Sequence record: OR062945.1
Strand: one strand, 5' to 3'
Origin: Escherichia phage 308Ecol101PP
DNA length: 64,000 nucleotides
The position numbers and the translations under genes are program-made. Positions 19,301-27,470 of this stretch are shown here, one piece after another (position 1 is the stretch's first letter; the number at the start of each line of letters is the position of its first letter). A model generated the notes under the pieces. That model had not been told where the DNA came from. It did not search any database and saw only the letters and a program-made list of their open reading frames with translations.

Positions 19301-19936
19301 ATGAAAACTACTCCTATTACTATCGCTATTGACGCAATCATAAAACAAGCTTCTTCTTTGGCCGCTATGGCCAAAGTAATTAGTCAAAACCCTGCTCGTT
19401 ATAATGCTATTCTAGAAACTCTTCGACGCCCAGGACTTAGTAATTATGAAAGCCGAGTAATTATTACAGGTGTTGGTAAGAATGCTAATATTGCAACTAA
19501 AGCTTCTGAGACATTTGCTTCACTTGGTATCCCGAGTATGTACTTGAACACTGGGCATTATTCTCACGGTGATGCAGGATTCATTGCGCCTAATGATGTG
19601 TTGATTCATATTAGTCGTTCTGGTAAAACTGAAGAAATGATAGGCGTGGCTAAGCATCTTAAAATGATTCGTCCGAACGTCAAACAGATTCTGTTGCATT
19701 GTAACCCGGACATTCCACAAGAATACGAAGCTCTTTTTGATTATACGTTCTGTACAGGCATCGCAGTAGAGGTTGATGAGAATTCTCTGGCTCCGACCAT
19801 GTCCACTACATTGTTGTTAGCGCTTATCGATACGTTTGCTATCAACCTTTCGTCTGAACGTGGATTTACCTCTAATGACTTCCTTAAGTTCCACCCTGGT
19901 GGTGCACTAGGTGCCATGTTACGAGGCGAACAATGA
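19301..19936 (+). CDS. SIS-domain sugar-phosphate isomerase (KdsD/GutQ-like or GmhA-like, no CBS domains)
   Basis: 211 aa; SIS-like pattern GVGKNANIA...SRSGKTEE and C-terminal HPGGALG, characteristic of arabinose-5-phosphate isomerase SIS domains. Confidence 0.7.
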   Translation: MKTTPITIAIDAIIKQASSLAAMAKVISQNPARYNAILETLRRPGLSNYESRVIITGVGKNANIATKASETFASLGIPSMYLNTGHYSHGDAGFIAPNDVLIHISRSGKTEEMIGVAKHLKMIRPNVKQILLHCNPDIPQEYEALFDYTFCTGIAVEVDENSLAPTMSTTLLLALIDTFAINLSSERGFTSNDFLKFHPGGALGAMLRGEQ

Positions 19937-20076
19937 AAGCAATAACAATAGGACTTTTACTATTGATGCTTGTCATGACTATCTACTGGAGCTTAACGGC
20001 TCCAGTAATGATTCCGACTCTTATAATCGGATGGATTATGATTGGACTACAAGCAAAGTATGAATGCTTTAACTAG
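19933..20076 (+). CDS. hypothetical small membrane protein (47 aa, not in ORF track)
   Basis: Hand-translated ATG 19933 (ATGA overlap) to TAG 20074-20076; almost entirely hydrophobic. Confidence 0.35.
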   Translation: MKAITIGLLLLMLVMTIYWSLTAPVMIPTLIIGWIMIGLQAKYECFN

Positions 20077-20117
20077 AATAGTGTACAATACTCCTACTTA
20101 CCAATGAGGACCACAAC

Positions 20118-21803
20118 ATGAAAAAAGCTGTTATTCTTGGTGCTGGACTGGCAACTCGTTTGTATCCAATAACGCATCATATTCCTAAGGTGCTTGTTAA
20201 CTATAAACAAGACACTATTCTGAGCAATTTGTATACAATTTATTCTGACCTTGGCGCAGATGAAATTATTGTAGTAGTTCATTCAAAATTTGCTGAAACT
20301 GTTCGAGCTTATTGTGAGCAAGAAGGGTTCAATGTGACTATTCGTACAGTTGATGAAGCGTATGGTTCTGCTTATGCTCTTGCTAAATTGCACAAAGATT
20401 TAGACGGCCATAATGTAATTGTTAACTGGTGTGATATTATTCCTGATTTTGGTTCGTGGTCTTGGAATGTTAACGCAATCTATGTTAAGGGTGACGAATG
20501 TCGATATAATTTCGACGGTGAAAATATCACTAATGTAGGTTCAACAGGTGGTAATGTTGTAGGAATTTATCAGTTCAAAGACTGGGAATTCTATATGGGT
20601 TCTACTGATGAGGAAATTCATGAATACTGCAAAGGACGTGATTTCGTAGAATTCCTTTACGGCAGCGCATTCAATAAATCAGAGCTTATGAATCTAATTG
20701 ATTTAGGTGATATGCCTAAACTTGAAAAAGCTCATGAAGTTCGTGAACTTAATCGTAGTTTTAATGCAGTTGAAATTGGTGAAGAAACTGTAACTAAATT
20801 CGCATTAACCGAACAGGGCCGAGCTCTTCAGAAAGATGAGATTTCATGGTATCTTAAAGTGAAATCAGATTCAGTTCCTCAGTTAGTTTCTGTTAATGAA
20901 AATAACTTTGAAATGGAACGCATTAAAGGTAAGCCGGCATTTGAATATATTAAATCCAAATCAAGTCTTGCTCGTCCACAAATTGTTGATGCAATTTTAG
21001 ATGCACTGAAATTCAGCACAGACACTTATTTTGTAAGTCCTGAAACTGTTCGTCGTGATTTCACTAAAGAATTCTATACTAAAGTTATTGATCGTTGTGA
21101 AAGTATTCAACCATTGATTGATTCATTTGGTAAAATCACACATGTGAACTACACTAAGATTGGGCGTCTGAAGCCAATGTTGAAACAAGCTTTAGAACAC
21201 CTTATTCGTTATCATAACCGTTCTCAGGGACAGTACTCTGTTATTCATGGTGACCCGAACTTCAGTAATACTATGATTACTGATAATGGTGAAGTCAAGT
21301 TTATCGACCCTCGTGGATATTTTGGTGAAACCAAGATTTATGGGCCAAAATTGTATGATGAAGCTAAAGTGCTTTACGCTGTTTCAGGTTATGATGAATT
21401 CAACGCTAATCCGACTTGGGGACAGTTTACTATTGATGAAACAACTTGTAATGTGACTATTAACATCAATCCGTTAGTTTACAAATATGGAAAGATGAGT
21501 TCGTTTAACGAGTATCATCATTTGGCAGTGGCAATTATCTGGATTGCATTAGGTGGTTATTTCAAGAATAATCCACTTAAAGCGGTAGCCGCATATTATA
21601 AAGGTATGGAACTTCTGACTAAGCAATTACGTAATATGGGCCGTGTACTTCAGGACGGCACTATTAGTTATGATGTAGCAGAACCTGTAACGGCTACTCT
21701 GATTACAAAAAATCCTGGTAAATGGGTACTAACTGATAAAGAAACTGGTGTTTCTTATCGTCCAATCGGTGGCGATATCACTCATCAATGGGAACGAATC
21801 TAA
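20118..21803 (+). CDS. bifunctional sugar-1-phosphate nucleotidyltransferase / kinase-fold protein
   Basis: N-terminus ILGAGLATRLYPIT resembles the G-x-G-T-R motif of sugar nucleotidyltransferases; C-terminal HGDPNFSNTMI...KFIDPRG resembles the catalytic loop of APH/choline-kinase-fold kinases. Confidence 0.7.
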   Translation: MKKAVILGAGLATRLYPITHHIPKVLVNYKQDTILSNLYTIYSDLGADEIIVVVHSKFAETVRAYCEQEGFNVTIRTVDEAYGSAYALAKLHKDLDGHNVIVNWCDIIPDFGSWSWNVNAIYVKGDECRYNFDGENITNVGSTGGNVVGIYQFKDWEFYMGSTDEEIHEYCKGRDFVEFLYGSAFNKSELMNLIDLGDMPKLEKAHEVRELNRSFNAVEIGEETVTKFALTEQGRALQKDEISWYLKVKSDSVPQLVSVNENNFEMERIKGKPAFEYIKSKSSLARPQIVDAILDALKFSTDTYFVSPETVRRDFTKEFYTKVIDRCESIQPLIDSFGKITHVNYTKIGRLKPMLKQALEHLIRYHNRSQGQYSVIHGDPNFSNTMITDNGEVKFIDPRGYFGETKIYGPKLYDEAKVLYAVSGYDEFNANPTWGQFTIDETTCNVTININPLVYKYGKMSSFNEYHHLAVAIIWIALGGYFKNNPLKAVAAYYKGMELLTKQLRNMGRVLQDGTISYDVAEPVTATLITKNPGKWVLTDKETGVSYRPIGGDITHQWERI

Positions 21804-22189
21804 TGCACCGTGTAAAAAACATGCTTAATCTTTGTTTTGATGTCGATGATTGTATAACAGAGTGGAATAACAATCGTGATTACGTGAACTTCAAACCAGA
21901 CGTCGAAATGGTGTCTGCCATTAATGCCCTGTATGATGCAGGGCATACCATAACGCTTTACACTGCTCGCGGTATGAAGTCAGTAGGTCCTGGTCGTATA
22001 GCAATTGACATTCTCCCAAGTCTGATTCAGAACTTGGCAAACATTGGATTGAAGTACCATAATTTGCTAACACATAAACCAGTATATGATTGGATTATCG
22101 ACGACAAAGCTATGCGTCCTGACGAATTCAAAGCTCTTATGAATAAAGGCGAATTCGAAACATTTAAATCATATAAACCGAATCTATAA
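21803..22189 (+). CDS. HAD-superfamily phosphatase
   Basis: 128 aa with HAD motif I (FDVDDCIT); TAATG overlap with upstream gene; track start 21788. Confidence 0.6.
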   Translation: MHRVKNMLNLCFDVDDCITEWNNNRDYVNFKPDVEMVSAINALYDAGHTITLYTARGMKSVGPGRIAIDILPSLIQNLANIGLKYHNLLTHKPVYDWIIDDKAMRPDEFKALMNKGEFETFKSYKPNL

Positions 22190-22235
22190 TAATTTAAGTA
22201 AGACCTGCAAAAACCATCGCATCAATTAACGTGGG

Positions 22236-23411
22236 ATGCAAAAAAAAAAAATGAATACTTTTAAAATCGGAACGAATTTTGATTTAGCTCTTCTTGATAA
22301 AATCGTAGAGCTCAATAAAACTTATCCTAATAGCTTGATAAACGAAGTATACGGCTCTACAAGAGAAATGGCTTTTGTAGCAGCCAGACCTGATTTTAGG
22401 CTTCCTGACGTTGACAAAAAGATGTTAGAAGATTACGTTAAACGTTGTAACGAATTAGGTATTTGCTTTAACTATACACTCAACACGATAAATCCTGGTT
22501 CAAAAAGAGAACTAGTTGAGTGGAAGAAGAAAGCTATTCAGGATTATGTTCAGTATCTTTGGTCAATAGGCGTATGGCGTATTACTATCGCTAACCCTGT
22601 TGTTATGGAAATTGTTCGTGAAGTCAATAAAGACATTGAGATTGAAGTTTCAACAATTCTACATGTCGATGCTGTAACTCAAATCAAATACTTGCATGAC
22701 CAATATAATATCAAAAAGGTCTGCTGTGGAATTCATAAGAACCGTTCAGTTTCTTTCCTGAAACGTGCAGCAGAGTTTTGTAATAAGAACAATATAATAT
22801 TTGAAGTTCTTGTAAATGAGTTCTGTTCTAATGCTGGTAAAGGGTACACAACACATTGTAGCTATCGTGACTCTTGCTATATTTTCCATAGCACCGATGT
22901 TACAGTAGATGATGCCAAATCCTTAAATGGATATCCAATGCAACACTGTATTAAAGCTCGTGATACAGATCCATTTAACTGGTTGAGAACTCGTTTTGTT
23001 CGTCCTCAAGATTTGAAACTTTATAATGATATTGGTATCACTCAATTTAAAGTTTCAGGACGTACAGGTAGCACCGACTACATTTTAAAAGTTCTTGAAG
23101 CTTACGCTTCTGAAAAGTTTGAAGGTAATTTGTTGGAATTGTGGAAGCCTTTAGAGACCATTTTCACTCTTGAAAATGAGACTGAGTTTTCACATACGGT
23201 AAATATTGAAACCTCTTTGTTAGACGGCTTTTTAGAAAAAAGGTGGTTCAAACATCCAGATTTCGATTGTGCTAATGAAATCTGCGGGACGACGTGTACA
23301 TATTGTGAAAGATATTATAAACGTCAGTTATCTAAAAATGGGTTATCAGAAAACTCTATATCTATTATTGATATAACTAACTCTGATGACGCTTTGAGGT
23401 ACCCAGAATGA
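22236..23411 (+). CDS. hypothetical Cys-rich protein (start at ATG 22236 or 22251)
   Basis: 391 aa with many Cys (CCGIH, EFCSNAG, HCSYRDSC, CANEICGTTCTYCE); an A12 tract lies between the two candidate ATGs. Confidence 0.5.
   Translation: MQKKKMNTFKIGTNFDLALLDKIVELNKTYPNSLINEVYGSTREMAFVAARPDFRLPDVDKKMLEDYVKRCNELGICFNYTLNTINPGSKRELVEWKKKAIQDYVQYLWSIGVWRITIANPVVMEIVREVNKDIEIEVSTILHVDAVTQIKYLHDQYNIKKVCCGIHKNRSVSFLKRAAEFCNKNNIIFEVLVNEFCSNAGKGYTTHCSYRDSCYIFHSTDVTVDDAKSLNGYPMQHCIKARDTDPFNWLRTRFVRPQDLKLYNDIGITQFKVSGRTGSTDYILKVLEAYASEKFEGNLLELWKPLETIFTLENETEFSHTVNIETSLLDGFLEKRWFKHPDFDCANEICGTTCTYCERYYKRQLSKNGLSENSISIIDITNSDDALRYPE
22240..22251 (+). repeat. homopolymeric A12 tract at the 5' end of the Cys-rich gene
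   Basis: ATGCAAAAAAAAAAAATG read directly from the sequence. Confidence 0.8.
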
Positions 23412-23493
23412 TTTCTAGAAAAACTTTTAACCACCAACTTAACGAAGAGATTTTGACTATTAAAATTAACAGCAACGAACAAATTCTTAAAAA

Positions 23494-23513
23494 GGCCCTT
23501 ATGGGCCTGTTTG
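23494..23513 (+). terminator. candidate weak terminator hairpin
   Basis: GGCCC-TTAT-GGGCC followed by TGTTTG. Confidence 0.3.
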
Positions 23514-23645
23514 AAACTAAAGCGGCTAAAGTGATTAAAGAAACCTGTTCAACTAGAATACTACGCTGATGCATTTCTTCATAGTGTTCTTGGAAATATC
23601 GATGCTGAAGCTTTACGTTATATCAACATCGCTAAGAAATTCAAA

Positions 23646-23671
23646 TAAGCTTTATGAATTGAGTATATAAT
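23646..23671 (+). promoter_or_regulatory. candidate MotA-dependent middle promoter upstream of gene 42
   Basis: AAGCTTTA box, then 11 nt, then TATAAT (23666-23671). Confidence 0.4.
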
Positions 23672-23689
23672 AACTGTATTGAGGTAAAC

Positions 23690-24406
23690 ATGGGAAAACA
23701 TAACACAATGAAATATATTAAAGCCGCAGATTTTCAATCCGCATTTAAAGCTGTCAATCGTGAAATTTTAGAAAATCCACAGTTCGTTACTGATTCTCGT
23801 ATTGGACGTTGTAATGAAATTGGGTCTATGACAGTAGTTGTTGATACCCCTTCATCATTCAAAATGACCGACCCACGTATTAATCGCATCTCTTATGAAT
23901 ATGCTGAAGATTTCTGGAAATTTATGATTTCTGGTGGTACTGATGCAAAAGAAGCATTTAAGGCATATCCTAACGTTGCTAAATTTATTTCTAAACCTAA
24001 ATCAGACGCTTTGCCTGCAAACTTCAACACTTTCTATGGTCCACGAATTGCGGCCCAGTTACCAGCTCTTCTCAAAGAACTTAAAGAGAAACCTAATTCA
24101 CGAAGAGTTGTGTTTCAAATTCTTGAAAGTTCAGATCAGGCTTTGCTTGATTCGGATGAAACGCTTGAATATCCATGTACTGACTCAGTGACTTATTATA
24201 TTCGTGATGGTAAGCTTTATACCCACTGTCATATGCGTTCTCAGAACTGTGCTGTTGTTATGCAGTTGGATTTTTATCTCCAAGGAAAATTACTTCATTA
24301 TATCGCTAACGAATGTGGTGTAGAAGTTGGTGATTATACTCATACCATGGTAAGTGCCCATGTGTTTGAACGTGATTTTGATTATGTTAAAGGATTCCTT
24401 GACTAA
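23690..24406 (+). CDS. 42: dCMP hydroxymethylase (thymidylate-synthase fold)
   Basis: 238 aa; TS-family pattern SRRVVFQIL ... YPCTDS (catalytic Cys) ... QLDFY (Asp 31 residues after the Cys, as in cytosine-specific members). Confidence 0.7.
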   Translation: MGKHNTMKYIKAADFQSAFKAVNREILENPQFVTDSRIGRCNEIGSMTVVVDTPSSFKMTDPRINRISYEYAEDFWKFMISGGTDAKEAFKAYPNVAKFISKPKSDALPANFNTFYGPRIAAQLPALLKELKEKPNSRRVVFQILESSDQALLDSDETLEYPCTDSVTYYIRDGKLYTHCHMRSQNCAVVMQLDFYLQGKLLHYIANECGVEVGDYTHTMVSAHVFERDFDYVKGFLD

Positions 24407-25305
24407 TGGCTATTTTCCGCGTACCTATCTTGAGTATGCGGTCTTATGAAACTGGACAGTATGCTATCCTTAAGGATGGCAACTTCCAACTTCATTTGCA
24501 CCGTGCTAATCCGGGTGATGTGATTACATATCCACGTAATGCATCTGATATTAAAGAATGCGAACGTCTTTTTCCAGAATTTAAGTTTGTTCCATTATGG
24601 TATAAAGATAACGCGTATAACACTCGTAAATATTTCTGGTCTGAAAATGAATTTGTGGTTGATTCATTAATTGCTTATTATGATTGTGATTTTCTAATCA
24701 CAGATATCACTGGATATGACGGCGCTTTTGATGTGGAATTCAATTTCAATATCACTGCAGACCCTAATAAACCACGTTTTTATATTGACGAATTCTTAAA
24801 AACCGACATGTTGTCGGTTAATCGTTCACTTCAAACTACTGTGTTGAATGAACGTCAAAAAGAAGTGCTGGTTAACGCAGGTGCAGATGGTAATAAGATT
24901 ATCGTAACCCAGAAAGTTATACGTCCTTCCATCATGCAGCGTCTTGTAGGTGATTTGGCTCCTATTCATCTAGATGGTATTTTTCATCCATTTCGAATTA
25001 GTGACCCGTGCTATCGTTTTGAACAAGTGGTTGAATGTGCAATTCAATTAGGTCAACCGCTTTATATAACTGATCCAAATAATAGTTTCGACAGAAATAA
25101 GTATCCTGAAGAAGCGCTGATTCGAATTTTTAATCCAACTAAAACTGAGTACTATCAAATTCTTAAAGGACGTCCGAAGATTCAATATTTCGAAAATCCT
25201 GAAGAAGTATTCCATCCAGGTCTTGGTGAGTTCATCTACTTTAATGCTTTAATTTCTTCGCCGTATAATATACCTAAATACGAAGATGTCGTAATCGAGG
25301 AATAA
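24406..25305 (+). CDS. hypothetical protein at the locus where T4 encodes beta-glucosyltransferase
   Basis: 299 aa, TAATG overlap with gene 42; no resemblance to T4 beta-GT that I can see. Confidence 0.5.
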   Translation: MAIFRVPILSMRSYETGQYAILKDGNFQLHLHRANPGDVITYPRNASDIKECERLFPEFKFVPLWYKDNAYNTRKYFWSENEFVVDSLIAYYDCDFLITDITGYDGAFDVEFNFNITADPNKPRFYIDEFLKTDMLSVNRSLQTTVLNERQKEVLVNAGADGNKIIVTQKVIRPSIMQRLVGDLAPIHLDGIFHPFRISDPCYRFEQVVECAIQLGQPLYITDPNNSFDRNKYPEEALIRIFNPTKTEYYQILKGRPKIQYFENPEEVFHPGLGEFIYFNALISSPYNIPKYEDVVIEE

Positions 25306-25306
25306 A

Positions 25307-25855
25307 ATGGTTAAAATTATTTTAGTAGATGGCCCGGATAATGCCGGTAAAACAACTTTCATTAATGACATAATGGAAATTAGTGAAAGATATGTAAAGA
25401 TTGATTTCCCTAAACGAACAGTTGATGGACGTTTCGATGTTAAGTCTCGAAATGAAGTTGGCTGTTTCGAAACGATGTTGAATTATTTAGACCCTACTAA
25501 GATTTATCTGTTAGACCGTGGATATATTAGTAACTGGGTTTATGGACGTATTCGACAAGATGCGGACTCGGTTCTTGACGTTTATGAACAGGATTATGTT
25601 CGTCTTTGCCAAAACCATGATGTGTTCACAATTATTTTAACACGTAACGAAATGACTGAAAGTTTTGAAGACGACCTTATTACTTTGTCTTCATTCGGTT
25701 TTAATACAGTCATTTCATATTTTGAAGAGTTTGCAATTCATAACAAAATCCAAACGTATCAATTACTTAATCATGACGGTGCTAACAAAGTTATAGGATT
25801 TAATGCAAGCGAACGTAATTATTTGATTACAGAAATTATCAAATGGGCTCGTTAA
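25307..25855 (+). CDS. P-loop nucleotide kinase, thymidylate-kinase-like
   Basis: 182 aa; Walker A VDGPDNAGKTT and DRGY motif as in the Tmk family. Confidence 0.55.
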   Translation: MVKIILVDGPDNAGKTTFINDIMEISERYVKIDFPKRTVDGRFDVKSRNEVGCFETMLNYLDPTKIYLLDRGYISNWVYGRIRQDADSVLDVYEQDYVRLCQNHDVFTIILTRNEMTESFEDDLITLSSFGFNTVISYFEEFAIHNKIQTYQLLNHDGANKVIGFNASERNYLITEIIKWAR

Positions 25856-25873
25856 GAGCCTGTTTAAAGTTTT

Positions 25874-25901
25874 AAATGCTGTATAACCCTTAGTATATAA
25901 T
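25874..25901 (+). promoter_or_regulatory. candidate middle promoter upstream of uvsX
   Basis: AAATGCTGTA box-like element, then 12 nt, then TATAAT (25896-25901). Confidence 0.35.
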
Positions 25902-25954
25902 CGTCTTATCTTTTAAACATGAGTAAAATATAATGATGCCTATGGAAAAATACA

Positions 25955-27127
25955 ATGTCTGATTTAAAATCTCGTCTGATTAAAGCTTCTACTTCTAAAA
26001 TGACTGCAGACTTGACTAAGTCTAAGCTGTTTAATAATCGTGATGAAGTCCCTACTCGTATTCCGATGTTGAATATTGCATTAGGTGGTGCACTGAATGC
26101 CGGGTTGCAATCAGGCTTAACTATTTTTGCTGCTCCTTCTAAACACTTTAAAACGTTGTTTGGGCTGACCATGGTTGCAGCATATATGAAGAAATATAAA
26201 GATGCAATTTGTTTGTTCTATGATTCAGAATTTGGTGCTTCAGAATCTTATTTTCGTTCAATGGGTGTTGATTTAGACCGTGTAGTTCATACTCCTATTC
26301 AATCTGTCGAACAACTTAAAGTTGATATGACTAATCAGCTTGACGCGATTGAACGTGGTGATAAAGTTATTATCTTTATCGATTCAATCGGTAATACTGC
26401 ATCTAAGAAAGAAACCGAAGATGCGTTGAACGAGAAAGTCGTAGGTGATATGTCTCGTGCTAAGGCACTTAAATCTCTTTTCCGTATTGTGACCCCGTAT
26501 CTGACTATTAAAGATATTCCGTGTGTTGCAATTAACCATACAGCAATGGAAATCGGCGGATTGTATCCTAAAGAGATTATGGGCGGTGGTACAGGTATTC
26601 TTTATTCTGCCAACACGGTATTTTTTATCTCTAAACGTCAGGTTAAAGAAGGCACAGAATTGACCGGTTATGACTTCACGTTGAAAGCAGAAAAATCTCG
26701 AACCGTTAAAGAAAAATCTACTTTCCCAATCACGGTTAATTTTGATGGTGGTATCGACCCATTCAGTGGCTTGTTAGAAATGGCAACTGAAATTGGTTTT
26801 GTAGTTAAGCCTAAAGCCGGGTGGTATGCTCGAGAATTCCTTGACGAAGAAACAGGCGAAATGATTCGTGAAGAAAAATCATGGCGTGCTAAAGCTACTG
26901 ATTGTGTAGAATTCTGGGGACCGTTGTTTAAACACAAACCTTTCCGAGACGCAATTGAAACTAAATATAAACTAGGTGCTATCTCTTCTATTAAAGAAGT
27001 TGATGACGCTGTTAATGACCTTATTAATTGCAAAGCAACAACTAAAGTTCCGGTTAAAACTTCTGATGCACCGTCTGCAGCAGATATAGAAAACGACCTT
27101 GACGAAATGGAAGATTTCGATGAATAA
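25955..27127 (+). CDS. uvsX: RecA-like recombinase UvsX
   Basis: 390 aa; N-terminus and RecA-fold core match T4 UvsX from memory. Confidence 0.9.
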   Translation: MSDLKSRLIKASTSKMTADLTKSKLFNNRDEVPTRIPMLNIALGGALNAGLQSGLTIFAAPSKHFKTLFGLTMVAAYMKKYKDAICLFYDSEFGASESYFRSMGVDLDRVVHTPIQSVEQLKVDMTNQLDAIERGDKVIIFIDSIGNTASKKETEDALNEKVVGDMSRAKALKSLFRIVTPYLTIKDIPCVAINHTAMEIGGLYPKEIMGGGTGILYSANTVFFISKRQVKEGTELTGYDFTLKAEKSRTVKEKSTFPITVNFDGGIDPFSGLLEMATEIGFVVKPKAGWYAREFLDEETGEMIREEKSWRAKATDCVEFWGPLFKHKPFRDAIETKYKLGAISSIKEVDDAVNDLINCKATTKVPVKTSDAPSAADIENDLDEMEDFDE

Positions 27128-27461
27128 TCTCGATGATTTAAATCTAGAAATCGTTGATGAATCCCCTTCTTCGGAAGGGGAAGACATTCGCAAAGAACGA
27201 GTGTTTAATGAATCTCTTAAAATTATCCGTTCAGCAATGGAAAATGTCATTCAAGAGATTCTGATTACACTTGAAGACGGTTCTCATCATATAGTCTATA
27301 TTACAAAACTAGACTGGGTTGATGGTAAAATCGTAATGGACTTTGCAGTTCTTGACCAGGATAGAAAAGCAGAACTTGCACCACATGTTGAAAAATGTGT
27401 TACAATGCAAGTACAACAAGCTTTTAATGAACGGACCAAGAAAAAATTTAAATTCTTTTAA
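27120..27461 (+). CDS. 40: gp40 head vertex assembly chaperone (by position)
   Basis: 113 aa between uvsX and 41; track ORF begins at TTG 27099, first ATG at 27120. Confidence 0.5.
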   Translation: MNNLDDLNLEIVDESPSSEGEDIRKERVFNESLKIIRSAMENVIQEILITLEDGSHHIVYITKLDWVDGKIVMDFAVLDQDRKAELAPHVEKCVTMQVQQAFNERTKKKFKFF

Positions 27462-27470
27462 GGAGTTATC

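Noticed and set aside
22236-23411. Assignment of the Cys-rich protein to the U32 peptidase-like family (EFCSNAGKGYTTHCS loosely resembles the U32 signature)
   Set aside because: The match to the signature is partial and there is no other support; left as hypothetical.
23377-23574. Minus-strand 65-aa ORF and an overlapping plus-strand 53-aa ORF in the gap between the Cys-rich gene and gene 42
   Set aside because: Both span a terminator-like hairpin and lack convincing ribosome-binding sites; the region is more likely regulatory (hairpin plus middle promoter).
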